From Histomonas meleagridis 2922-C6/04-290x (lineage: Eukaryota > Protista > Parabasalia): a DNA stretch of 64,000 nt. Position numbers and translations under genes: made by a program. Each line of letters opens with the position of its first letter. Within the stretch, counting starts at the first letter, position 1. The DNA is taken from contig JAANOX010000233.1 in assembly GCA_020184695.1 (NCBI GenBank), forward strand, positions 62,001-126,000, written 5' to 3'. Below the pieces are notes generated by a model. It was given only the letters and a program-made list of their open reading frames with translations, did not search any database and was not told the origin of the DNA. This document shows, in pieces, positions 22,471 through 33,000 of the stretch.

Positions 22471-22985
22471 AACAACATCAAAAAAGAAATGTTTACCCAT
22501 GCGATGGAATGCATCGAGTCATTGACGAGATGGAGGAATGCAAGCGAGAAGTAGGTATTTATCAAAAACGAATTGGAAAGAAAAGTTAAATAGACATCCG
22601 TCATGCGATAGGGCATAAATAAGTAAAAAATAAAATTGTTTTTATATCAAAAATTGTGAAATTAATACAAAATTTTTTGTCGAAAAATTTCATAGGAATG
22701 AGAAAAGAAAAGTTCATTCGATATAAAGCATTTAAAAATTAATATAAGAATAAGATGCATATAATAAAAGAATAAGATTTGCATATAATATGATTTTTTG
22801 TGGAATTTAAGCATAAATATATTAATATACTATTCATATTTATCAATGCATTTTTTACCTATGAAACTTAAAATTATCCTATCAAACAATTTAAACACAA
22901 AACATTTTACATAAAAATAAAATATTATGCAAATTTAAACTAAAATTATATTTATTAAAACATATTTTCTTTAACGAGAAAAAAA

Positions 22986-24860
22986 TTACACATTTACAAT
23001 AAACTGTTCTTCTTTAAAATCGGCTGCAAAAGGATCTTCTTCAACATTAGCAACAGATAATCCGGCAGAAAAGTTATTATTTGTTTCTTTATCATTTTGA
23101 AAATCATTTTCATTTTCATATTCGATGCTGTTTACTTTTTGTTTTCTTTTACGTAAAACAAAAATAACGATAACGAAAGCGATTATTATTACAACAACTG
23201 CAACACAAACTCCAATAATTATTCCATTATCATTACGATTATTTGAATTCTTAGCGTCTTGTTTTAATATTGTATATAAATCAGAATAAAATGGGAAAAA
23301 TGAAGAATATTCAACTATTATATATTCATAATAAACAATCGTATTAACGTAAGTATAAATTGAATTAAGAATTGAAATTGTAATAGTATTTGTGGACTTA
23401 TTTATTACTATAAATGTTTTCGTAATTGAATTCGAAAAAATCTTAACAAAGGAATGAGATAAAATTTCATCATCTTGTAATGATTTTGTAAATGTATTTG
23501 ACTTAGTGAATATATTAGAATTAGTAAATGTATTTGAATATGTATTTGACCCTGTAAATGTACATGAAAATGTATTTGATTTTGTAAATGTATTTGAATC
23601 AGTAAAAGAATTTGATTGTGTAAATGAATTCGAAAATGTATCTGATTGTGAAAATGTGGTTGTCGGCCATAGATCACATCCTTCAACAATTGAATTTTTT
23701 ATTACTTCTAATGAACCAAAAGATGAATAGTGATAAGTGCTTAACGTCATAACTTTTTCTAATGAACAATCAGTGAAAGTATTTGAAGTATCAGATGGAT
23801 TTGAATCCCCATAATAATAGAAACATTTGAGATTATAACATCTTCGAAATGCATAGTTTCCCATGCTGACTATATTACCTTTAACAATAATTGTTTGTAA
23901 GTTGGAACATGAATAAAATGAAAATTGATTCAATGTGGTGGATGAACCTGTAATTGTGAGTTTTATTAGTGAGTTACATGTATAAAATGTATGAAATAAT
24001 AATTCATTTACTGTGCTTATAATTTCAAAGTTTGCGTTCTTTTTTGCAGCAGGATAACATATAATTGTAGTACGAGTGTTGTCATAAAGAACTCCATCAT
24101 TTTCATAATTACTAAAAGAAGGATTCCCGTCTTCGACGTCAATAAATTGAAGATTTGTACACCCAGAAAAACATACATTCCCCATTTCAGAAACTGATTT
24201 TGGAATTGTAATATTTGGTAATGAAGAACAAGAAGCAAATACACTTATGCCAATCTTTGTTACATTTCCTTGGATTGAAATCGATTCTAAACCAGAACAT
24301 GAATTAAATGCATAACTGCCTATTTCCTTTAATGAATAAGGAAGTTCAATATGTTTTAATGATACACAAGAATAAAAGGAAGATTCACCAATCGTTTCCA
24401 ATGATTTTCCAAATGAAACTGTTTTCAAATTACTGCAATAATAAAATGAATAATATTCAAGTGAAATAATGGAATTACCAATTTCTACAGAAATCAAAGG
24501 CCATTCATTAAATGCATAATTTGTAATCGAGGTAATGCCATCAACAATAAGATAATTAGTTTTATCTCGGTATTGGATTCTTCCTGCAAAATCATCAGAA
24601 TTGTTAATAACTAAAGTTCCTGGAGAAATAAATTCTTCAATCGAATGTAATAAAAAAAGATAAAAAATGAGAAAAGTAAAATTTTTGCGATCTTTACACC
24701 TGGAACCAACATTGTGATGAATAGTATATTTAATATATAGAACTGTAAGGATAAACAAATTGATTAAAATTACAAGAAGCAAATTGAATTGAGATGTCCT
24801 ACCCAAAGCCGCGAAATGGCTCAATGGGAAAAGATGAGTGAAAAATGATATAATGTTCAT
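22986..24860 (-). CDS. BspA-like (TpLRR/LRR_5) surface protein with S/T/N stalk, TM helix and acidic cytoplasmic tail
   Basis: IxxIGxxAFxxCxxLxxIxIP repeats, SNTFTKSNTF stalk, TM IIIGVCVAVVVIIIAFVIVIFVL, DPFAADF tail. Start codon uncertain. Confidence 0.92.
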   Translation of the reverse strand: MNIISFFTHLFPLSHFAALGRTSQFNLLLVILINLFILTVLYIKYTIHHNVGSRCKDRKNFTFLIFYLFLLHSIEEFISPGTLVINNSDDFAGRIQYRDKTNYLIVDGITSITNYAFNEWPLISVEIGNSIISLEYYSFYYCSNLKTVSFGKSLETIGESSFYSCVSLKHIELPYSLKEIGSYAFNSCSGLESISIQGNVTKIGISVFASCSSLPNITIPKSVSEMGNVCFSGCTNLQFIDVEDGNPSFSNYENDGVLYDNTRTTIICYPAAKKNANFEIISTVNELLFHTFYTCNSLIKLTITGSSTTLNQFSFYSCSNLQTIIVKGNIVSMGNYAFRRCYNLKCFYYYGDSNPSDTSNTFTDCSLEKVMTLSTYHYSSFGSLEVIKNSIVEGCDLWPTTTFSQSDTFSNSFTQSNSFTDSNTFTKSNTFSCTFTGSNTYSNTFTNSNIFTKSNTFTKSLQDDEILSHSFVKIFSNSITKTFIVINKSTNTITISILNSIYTYVNTIVYYEYIIVEYSSFFPFYSDLYTILKQDAKNSNNRNDNGIIIGVCVAVVVIIIAFVIVIFVLRKRKQKVNSIEYENENDFQNDKETNNNFSAGLSVANVEEDPFAADFKEEQFIVNV

Positions 24861-25017
24861 TTGATGGGATGATACAAAGAGTTTAACAAGCCTTCAGAAC
24901 AATATGTAAACAATACAATGAGCAAAAATCCGGTTTAACTTTTGTATATATATTGAATAGATGACACAAATTTCAATAAAAGAGACTTGAATTGTTCACG
25001 ATCAGACCCTGACAGTC

Positions 25018-26496
25018 GTGATGACAGTTTTTGTAAACATCATAATTTCTATGGTTTATTATGTAAAAGGAACAATTAAGTTAAACGGTTCCCAACCCCA
25101 AATGAAGTTCAAAAAGGAAAAAATTGGAAATCATTCAAAGGAAAGAGCCCAATTCTTTATTCAAGATAACAGTGAATCTGACATTGATTTTGTTCCTTCT
25201 AACAATTACGATGAATTTCAAGATGAAGATTTTAGAAGAATAATTTTTTCTTTAGACTCACCAAATGAATTTGATTTATTACCAGGGCTCCGTATTATAG
25301 GTGAGCTTATAAAAATGCATCATTATTTTGATCCACAAGTTATTGATAAATTAATTTTTCTTTCAACTTCAGAAAATATTACTATTGCTGAACTCGCTCA
25401 GGAAGTTCTTAAGTGTTTTTTTAAACTTCACCCTGAAAGTTCAAATTTTGAAAATGATAATTTATTATCCTTATTTTTATCACCAAATAAAATTCACAGC
25501 ACAGTTTCTCTTTTTGTAACTCTCCTAAGAATCAATGATTTCCAAGATTTTATCCTGGGAATTGAAGGATATTTGAATCAATTTTTTGATATTTTTCAGC
25601 ATTTACAAATCGATGGACCACCTTTTCTATTCAACCTGCGACTTTTAAACTATTTAGTTCATGCATGTAAGGAGAAACTTATTGGACACAAAGAAATCCT
25701 TCAAATGCTTCTTATACATTTTTTACAGTTTTTTAAAATACAAATTCCACCCGACACATTTGATGAAATTCTAATTTATGCCTCGTTAATCCCTTTTTAT
25801 GCTGATGACGAGAGTAAATTTGTGTTGGATTTTGTTAAGAGTGATTTATTCGAGATATTTTTTTCATGTATTAACATCGCAAATGAAAAACAGCGAACTC
25901 GAATTTTCCAATTTTTATGTTTTTTAACAAGTTGTTCTCATGAGGTTACTCTGTGTTTATATTCCAACAAAATTTTAAATGTTTTTAATGAGTTAATATT
26001 ACATATGAATAACTTTGATCGTGAGAAAGATCGACAATGTAATTTGTTGATTAAATCGATACGAAACATGTTTAATTCTGTGGAAGAGTTTCGATTTGAC
26101 TTTTTTAAATCGGAAACTTTTAAATATTTATTGGAACTTCAATATAATTCTTCTTATCATACCAAAAGAGGAATTATGAAATTGTTTTGTGCTATGATAT
26201 ATTATTTGAAGATTCCTTTCTTGGAAGTGTTTTTAAGTACAAATATGATTGAGTCGTTTTTGGAATGTTTCGAATCGGAAGATACAAAACTTGCTAAATA
26301 TTTATTGACCGCGCTCGATTGTGTTGTACGTATAATTGTAACACATGAGGGAACAGAATTGTCGAAGGAACTGATGGATAATTTGAAAAATGAGAGATTT
26401 TATAACGCATTGGATTTGGTATATGAACAGGGTGAAGATGAAAAAGAAGTAGTAGCTGCAATTAGAATTAAAGATGCAATTTTTAATGAAATTTGA
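25018..26496 (+). CDS. ARM/HEAT-like helical repeat protein (probable start at ATG 25102)
   Basis: 492-aa ORF rich in Leu/Ile/Phe helices; family assignment by composition only. Confidence 0.55.
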   Translation: MMTVFVNIIISMVYYVKGTIKLNGSQPQMKFKKEKIGNHSKERAQFFIQDNSESDIDFVPSNNYDEFQDEDFRRIIFSLDSPNEFDLLPGLRIIGELIKMHHYFDPQVIDKLIFLSTSENITIAELAQEVLKCFFKLHPESSNFENDNLLSLFLSPNKIHSTVSLFVTLLRINDFQDFILGIEGYLNQFFDIFQHLQIDGPPFLFNLRLLNYLVHACKEKLIGHKEILQMLLIHFLQFFKIQIPPDTFDEILIYASLIPFYADDESKFVLDFVKSDLFEIFFSCINIANEKQRTRIFQFLCFLTSCSHEVTLCLYSNKILNVFNELILHMNNFDREKDRQCNLLIKSIRNMFNSVEEFRFDFFKSETFKYLLELQYNSSYHTKRGIMKLFCAMIYYLKIPFLEVFLSTNMIESFLECFESEDTKLAKYLLTALDCVVRIIVTHEGTELSKELMDNLKNERFYNALDLVYEQGEDEKEVVAAIRIKDAIFNEI

Positions 26497-26672
26497 TGAT
26501 TAATTAGATTCAAAAAAAATTGTTTTTATTAAATATATAGAATAATATTCTAATAAAGAGTTGTTTGAACAAGAAATTTTATTTTGCATTTTCAGCAGGA
26601 TAAAGTTTAATGATTTCTAGAATTTTGGATAATTAAATATTTTTATATAATTTATAATTTTGTGTATTCCAG

Positions 26673-26745
26673 GGTCTCGTAGCTCAGTCGGTAGAGCGTT
26701 GTGCTGATAACGCAAAGGTCTAGGGTTCAAGTCCCTGCGGGACCA
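26673..26745 (+). tRNA. tRNA-Ile (anticodon GAU)
   Basis: Cloverleaf: acceptor GGTCTCG/CGGGACC, D arm, anticodon stem TTGTG/CGCAA with loop CTGATAA (GAT at 26706-26708), T loop TTCAAGT, discriminator A, downstream T-run. Confidence 0.95.
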
Positions 26746-26866
26746 TTTTTTATCTTTTTACATTGGTGGATTTCTTATTTCAAACATTTGAAAGACTCAT
26801 TCTTTTATTTGTCTCAAATTTAAATTTATTTTGAAGATATTATAATCAAATATTTCTATTTTCATT

Positions 26867-29818
26867 TTATGGTTTACTTATGCTAATATTTTTTATAGAA
26901 TTTGGAGTATATTCAAATTCCCATTGTTCAGATGCTTTTAATCCTTCATACTTATTTCTCATTATTTGTTCTCTTAATTGACGATTTGCTTCCAATCTTT
27001 CAGATGTTATATCTTTTATAGGAATAAACCTAATTATTACCCCAGCAAAAAGTGTTCCTAATGCAAAGGAAGCACATGTTATCCATTCTTTCCAATCCAA
27101 CTTGCATGTATCAAAAACACTTCCTGCAAATTCAATAATTATTGCTTGTAAAATACATAAACATATAAATATAATAACAAAAAATGGATTCTTAAACAAA
27201 CCATCCAAAACACTAATATTTGGACCTGAAACTCTTGCATTAATAAGATTAAATATTTGACAATATACAAATGTATTAAATATCATTGTGGTTTTAACAT
27301 TATTTTTTTCATTCTCATTAAATCCAAAAATTGATTTAAATCCAAATAATATTAGGAAAAGTACAACCATTTGATAAAAAATATGACCAAAGATATTTCT
27401 AATCATTAATCGCGAGATAATTGGGTCTGATTCACCATATGGACACCTATTTAATAAAGAATCACGTGGTCTATTTGTAGCAAGTGCTAATGCGCCTATT
27501 GCACCAACAATTAAATTGGTCCATAATAATTGTATTGCTTTTAATGGAGATGTTTGTAAAAAGCATGAACCAACAAAAGCAACAATCATTGCACAAATAT
27601 TAACTGTTAATTGATATTGAAGAAAGCTTCTGATATTTTCATAAACACATCTACCCCATTTAAGGGCAACAACAATTGAGCTAAAATTATCATCTAAAAT
27701 TACAATATCAGAAGACATTTTTGCTAGCTCAGTCCCACACATACCCATTGATAAACCGACATTTGCACGTTTTAATGCAGCAGAATCATTTGAACCATCA
27801 CCAGTTACTGCAACAACTTCACCTGCTTCCATTAATAAACCAACTAATCTATATTTGTCACGAGGTGAAGATCTTGCTAAAACTTGGATTTTTGGAAGCA
27901 TTGGTAATAATTCAAGCTTTGAAAGTGAACTAAATTCATAACCTATCATACATACTCCATCATCATTAAGAATACCACATTCACGAGCAATAGCTTTAGC
28001 AGTATTAATATAATCACCTGTAACCATCCTTACAACAACTCCAGCAGTTTTACATTGATTAATTGCATGTTTAACTTCTGGACGTAAGGGATCCATAATT
28101 CCCGCAATTCCAATCATTGTAAGATTAAATTCTACGTTATCCGGATCATTCCATGCTTCATTTCTCTCAAATCCTTCTAAATCTCTATAAGCAATTAATA
28201 TTGTACGCAAAGCGCCATCAGCATATTCGATAACTTTATCAAGAATATGATTTCGTATATCTTGATTAAGTTCAATTTCTTGTCCTTGATCAGTTAAATA
28301 ATGAGAGCACCTTTCAAGTAAAAGATCAGGTGCACCTTTTGAATAAACTCTCCATACATCATTACGATGTATAACTGTAGACATTCTTTTTCGTGTTGAA
28401 TTAAATTCATGAAGAAATACTATTGGAAATATTTCTCTTATTTTTCTATAATCAATTCCAATTTGTTTATGAACCATTTGAAGTAATGCGCATTCTGATG
28501 ATTGACCAACAAATTTTTCAGTCATTTCATCTTTATTTTGACAAATATAAGCTGATGTATTAATTGAAATTGCTTCTGCAAGAAGTTCTTTCATTTCAGA
28601 ACTTATAGAAGAAACATTATCACTTTCATCATTACCCATAAAAAATTTAACAACAGTCATATTATTTTGGGTTAATGTTCCTGTTTTATCACTACAAATT
28701 GTTGTAGCACCTCCCATTGTTTCACATGAATTTAAATGCCGAACAAATATATGATCTTTAACCATCCATTTCATTGAAAATCCTAATGATAATGTAACTG
28801 CTAATGGTAAACCTTCTGGTACTGCACAAATAAAAATTGTAACTCCAACCATTAAATGTTCAATTAAAGTATTAATATATGAATTTTTCCATTGTTTTTT
28901 TGATATATCAAAAATCCAAATGATCAATAAAACTATAAATGTTAATGAAGCACCAAAAACTCCCATCCATGTCAATCTTATTGCAACTTTATCAAGTTTC
29001 TTTTCTAAAGGAGATTTCATATGTTGTTGTGATATTTGATGTATTTTCATCATATTTGCTCCTGATTGAGATTTTTCTCCTACTGCACAAACTAAAATAT
29101 GTGCATCACCACTTTCAACAGCACTCCCTCCTAAAACAAATGGTTTTTCTTCATTTACTTCAACAGGAACACTTTCACCTGTTTCTTGTGATGTATCAAT
29201 CTTTAATGAATGACCTGTTATATACAGTCCATCAGCTGCAACTCTATCACCATTTTTGAGAGAAAGAATATCCCCTACATATAAATCTGTATTCATAATT
29301 TGCATTTCTTCACCTAGTCTAATTACATTTACATTAAAATGGTTTTTTAATTGATTTATTTCTATATAACTCTTCTGTTGAACATAATTTGTTTGGGCTT
29401 GTACTATAGCAACAATTATTACAGCTGAAAAAATTGAAAGCGTATCAATAAAGTCAATCCATCTTGATTGATTTGGATTTTCAGGTGGAAATGCTATTGT
29501 TAAAACCAGTGAAATAATTGCAGCTATAAGCAATATTTGTAATGTGAGATTTTGAAAAGATTCCCAAAACATTTTCCACCAAGATTTCTTAGGCGGATCT
29601 GGAAGTACATTTCTTCCAAAACGTGCAATTCTTTTTTGATAATTAGAATTTTTATCTGTTTCTCCAAGTCCATTTACGCAGTCTGTTTCAAACTCTGCTT
29701 CAAATGCAGATAGTCCTCCTAGAATGCGATAATGCTCTATGTTTTGTCGTTCAAATAACTCAATGATGGTATTCGGTGTTATTTCATGAGGATACTCTGT
29801 TTCGATATTTTGGTTCAT
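26867..29818 (-). CDS. P-type ATPase, PMCA (P2B)-like
   Basis: TGES, PEGLPLA, DKTGTLT, MVTGD and GDGSND motifs. TM6 reads WTNLIVG (conserved Asp absent). Confidence 0.95.
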   Translation of the reverse strand: MNQNIETEYPHEITPNTIIELFERQNIEHYRILGGLSAFEAEFETDCVNGLGETDKNSNYQKRIARFGRNVLPDPPKKSWWKMFWESFQNLTLQILLIAAIISLVLTIAFPPENPNQSRWIDFIDTLSIFSAVIIVAIVQAQTNYVQQKSYIEINQLKNHFNVNVIRLGEEMQIMNTDLYVGDILSLKNGDRVAADGLYITGHSLKIDTSQETGESVPVEVNEEKPFVLGGSAVESGDAHILVCAVGEKSQSGANMMKIHQISQQHMKSPLEKKLDKVAIRLTWMGVFGASLTFIVLLIIWIFDISKKQWKNSYINTLIEHLMVGVTIFICAVPEGLPLAVTLSLGFSMKWMVKDHIFVRHLNSCETMGGATTICSDKTGTLTQNNMTVVKFFMGNDESDNVSSISSEMKELLAEAISINTSAYICQNKDEMTEKFVGQSSECALLQMVHKQIGIDYRKIREIFPIVFLHEFNSTRKRMSTVIHRNDVWRVYSKGAPDLLLERCSHYLTDQGQEIELNQDIRNHILDKVIEYADGALRTILIAYRDLEGFERNEAWNDPDNVEFNLTMIGIAGIMDPLRPEVKHAINQCKTAGVVVRMVTGDYINTAKAIARECGILNDDGVCMIGYEFSSLSKLELLPMLPKIQVLARSSPRDKYRLVGLLMEAGEVVAVTGDGSNDSAALKRANVGLSMGMCGTELAKMSSDIVILDDNFSSIVVALKWGRCVYENIRSFLQYQLTVNICAMIVAFVGSCFLQTSPLKAIQLLWTNLIVGAIGALALATNRPRDSLLNRCPYGESDPIISRLMIRNIFGHIFYQMVVLFLILFGFKSIFGFNENEKNNVKTTMIFNTFVYCQIFNLINARVSGPNISVLDGLFKNPFFVIIFICLCILQAIIIEFAGSVFDTCKLDWKEWITCASFALGTLFAGVIIRFIPIKDITSERLEANRQLREQIMRNKYEGLKASEQWEFEYTPNSIKNISISKP

Positions 29819-30096
29819 AAATTTTTATAATGCTAAAGTTTTTACATATAATTCTCTAAATTGAATCGAAATTTTTTGAAAATTGAGGCAATATCTAACG
29901 AAAAATTGTTGAGGAAATTTAAAAAAAACAAAACTTTTGTTGTTGATGCATTTTATTATGAATATGTTTTTTATGTTTGGAAAGAATATGCCATAAATCG
30001 AAGAAAATGTATTTCAAAATTATTAATTTATATTAAGTAACTTTTATCAAAATTAGTGTTTTGAAAGTTTCTCTAATTTGCAATATGTCGAAATTT

Positions 30097-30255
30097 AATA
30101 ATTTCAAATGTTTTTATTGTTGTAGGGATTCAGAATCAACTGTTACTTTAAATACTTTCGCTGATTGTTCATTAGAAAAAGTTATGGCATTAAACGCTTA
30201 TCATGATTCAACTTTCGGTTCATTAGAGGGAATAAAAGATTCAATAGTTGAATCC
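30097..30255 (+). pseudogene. Relic fragment of the BspA gene at 22986..24860
   Basis: FKCFYCCRDSESTVTLNTFADCSLEKVMALNAYHDSTFGSLEGIKDSIVE aligns with LKCFYYYGDSNPSDTSNTFTDCSLEKVMTLSTYHYSSFGSLEVIKNSIVE. Confidence 0.8.
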
Positions 30256-30745
30256 ATGTCCAACATCCACATTTTCGAATATATTTCCACAATCAAAAAT
30301 ATATTTAAATACATGAACGGAATCATATTTAACCATTTTTTTAAATTCATCTAATTCCCTTTTATGTAAAACTTACATGTAATAATTTATTTATTTTTGT
30401 TATCTTCATATAAACACACTTACCATATGTATTAATTATAATACTTGTGGTGTCAATGCAGAAATTTTTTTGATTGTTGGAATTATTAATTTTTTATTTC
30501 CTAAAAACAAAAAGAAATTCAGAATTCGGAGTTTTACATTGATTTTCTAAAACTCATTCCATCAAATGGTAAGAAAAAACTGACCACATCTCAAACGAAC
30601 TAACTATGAATGATAATGACCAACAGATACAAAACAACAAATTTTGGACATCTTTATCAAATAAAAACCTTTGCTTACATATAACATAATTTTCATTTAC
30701 AAAAAAATTTTCAACAAAAAGAAAAAATATTTAAATATCAAATTT

Positions 30746-31192
30746 TTAATGATTTACAACTTTTTGTTTCTTTTTGTCCTTGTGGTTAAGGGCCCATCTC
30801 ACAACGAGTAATTTCCCTTCCAAAAATTTGCCATTAAGTGCATTTATTGCGGAGACTGCGCTTTTGTGGTCCGCCATCATGCACAACGCAGTTCCCTCCT
30901 TCATAAGAAATGGAGATTTGACAGTGCCAAACTGCGAGAACATATCGGCAAGATCGTCGTTTGTCTTGATGTCTGACGGAAGATTTTGAATATATAATTT
31001 GCTATAAAAATGCTTAAATTTCTGATTTTGTTTTGATCTTGGTTTTTTGAAATTATTATGAGCATTATTCATTGCATTAGGTTGTGGATTTTGCTGGTTT
31101 GAGTAGTCCATTTGTTGACTTGGAATTAATATTTGCTGGGATCCTAAGTGTAGCATTTGCTGAGATGTGTAGGCATTATTTTGGCCAAACAT
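30746..31192 (-). CDS. Single-RRM RNA-binding protein with a Q/N-rich N-terminus
   Basis: RNP2-like LYIQNLP; LADMFSQFGTV; AVSAINALNGKFLEGKLLVVRWA. Confidence 0.9.
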   Translation of the reverse strand: MFGQNNAYTSQQMLHLGSQQILIPSQQMDYSNQQNPQPNAMNNAHNNFKKPRSKQNQKFKHFYSKLYIQNLPSDIKTNDDLADMFSQFGTVKSPFLMKEGTALCMMADHKSAVSAINALNGKFLEGKLLVVRWALNHKDKKKQKVVNH

Positions 31193-31392
31193 TTATAATT
31201 ATAGATCTTTGCCACCAGATTATTTTAGCCACTGCAAACATTTAACAACGGTTATGAACGTTAAAAGCAAAAGACGATAATATTTTATTCAATTTTTTTG
31301 AACTTCAAATAAAGTTTTGAAAAAAATACGTTTTGTAAGCAAATATTTTGCCCAAAGATTTATGAAATCTTTGGTTTTTTTTAAGCATTTAT

Positions 31393-31965
31393 TTATACAC
31401 AAACATTTTGAACAGATGTAGACATATTGTTAGCGTCGAACTTAAGTTGTAATGCTGTTCTAGGAATTGGGGGAAGATGATCTATTATTAATTGGGAAAA
31501 AAGAGAACCCGAAATAGTTTCATCAATTACATCTGTTGGTTCGTCATTAAAATGTAAGGAAATACTTGGGACACCATATAATAAATATGCAGTAAGACCA
31601 CATGCCATCAAACAAACACACTCAGTTTGAATGACTTTGCTAAATATTTCCATGTTCGCGTTGAATAGACACACATAGTCATAATTTTGGAAGTTATTAA
31701 AGTTATCATCATGAATAACAGTTAATGGGCAATATGGATTTAAAGTCTTTAAGAACTCAACATAGTTTGCAAACGCCATTTCAGTATTTGAACTATCTAA
31801 AACATGGACAAATGAAGCTCCTGCTAAAATGAGATTTTTCATGCATTCTAATGATGAATTTGTAATTCCATAAAATAGAAACTTACAAGCTTTGAGTTTG
31901 TTCTGAGTTTCAAAACCCCATGCCCGTATTTGTCTGTCATACCTATTGAGTTCGTTGTTTTCCAT
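31393..31965 (-). CDS. SAE1: SUMO/ubiquitin-like E1 subunit (SAE1/AOS1-like, ThiF fold), short
   Basis: RYDRQIRAWGFETQNKL and CMKNLILAG match the E1 adenylation-domain N-terminus. Confidence 0.8.
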   Translation of the reverse strand: MENNELNRYDRQIRAWGFETQNKLKACKFLFYGITNSSLECMKNLILAGASFVHVLDSSNTEMAFANYVEFLKTLNPYCPLTVIHDDNFNNFQNYDYVCLFNANMEIFSKVIQTECVCLMACGLTAYLLYGVPSISLHFNDEPTDVIDETISGSLFSQLIIDHLPPIPRTALQLKFDANNMSTSVQNVCV

Positions 31966-32032
31966 CTTTAAATTGACCGTTTGCTGTGTTTGGGATTATG
32001 ACGGCAAAAAGCGCTCAAAGCAAAAAGCAGAA

Positions 32033-32299
32033 ATGGGGTCGAACATTTGCTGCTGTAACAAAGATAATGAAATTTCAGATGACAAGTTACCCTTAAAACC
32101 TTTCTTATCAACGAAAATAGGGTATGTTAAACCAGAAGACCAACGCTTACAAATGCCCCTAAGAAACTCATTTATTGATCCTTCAATTGAAGATATTATA
32201 TGCCAAATCAGTTCAGAAGATGATGATGTTGATCCAGAGTTTCAACATCAAAATGAAAAATATGGACAAATGTTAAAGATTATTGATGATGGAATTTGA
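32033..32299 (+). CDS. Small protein with a predicted N-myristoylation/palmitoylation start (MGSNICCC)
   Basis: Internal ATG at 32033 gives the MG plus Cys cluster typical of dually acylated proteins. Confidence 0.55.
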   Translation: MGSNICCCNKDNEISDDKLPLKPFLSTKIGYVKPEDQRLQMPLRNSFIDPSIEDIICQISSEDDDVDPEFQHQNEKYGQMLKIIDDGI

Positions 32300-33000
32300 T
32301 AGAATTATATTATTTTGTATTCTTTCCTGTATACCAAAGGTAAAAATTATTAGTTTAAAAAGAAATCGGTTTTGAACTTGTTTGATAGAGATTATAATTT
32401 ATAAATGTAAATATTCATATATTTTCTTATAAATTATTTTTATTTTTACATTATTACGAATAAATTAGAAAGTTTTCTAACATTTTTTTAATGAAATTAA
32501 TTTTTCTTATGCACAACTTTATAAAATAGATATCACGCATTGGAATTTAATAACACTAATAATTGTAATGAAATATATGTTTGGTGATAACAAAATTTTA
32601 TGATTGGATACAATTTTATTGACGTATCAAAATTAATTTTGTAAGATTTGAAAATTAGCTATATACATTTATAGGATATGACACAGAAAGTAATAACATC
32701 TTAAAACTATTCCGAATTAATCAAAGAATGAATAACAATCGCTCAAATTAAAATCAATTTTTATTTACAATAACATTTTATAAAATATTTAGAGTATAAT
32801 CAAGCCGCACATTTTTTCTAATTAAAATTTCTTTTCTGATTTGATAATACAAAAATGCAATAAGTTCAGAAATTGAAAAGGGTTGCAACTGAAGGGGTTT
32901 TGCCAGCGACCTGGTAAACGTTAATTGAATGAGTAGAACTGCCGGCCTTGAAACTTTTTCTATTTAACCTCATTATCCTATCGTTTAACCACATTTAGAT

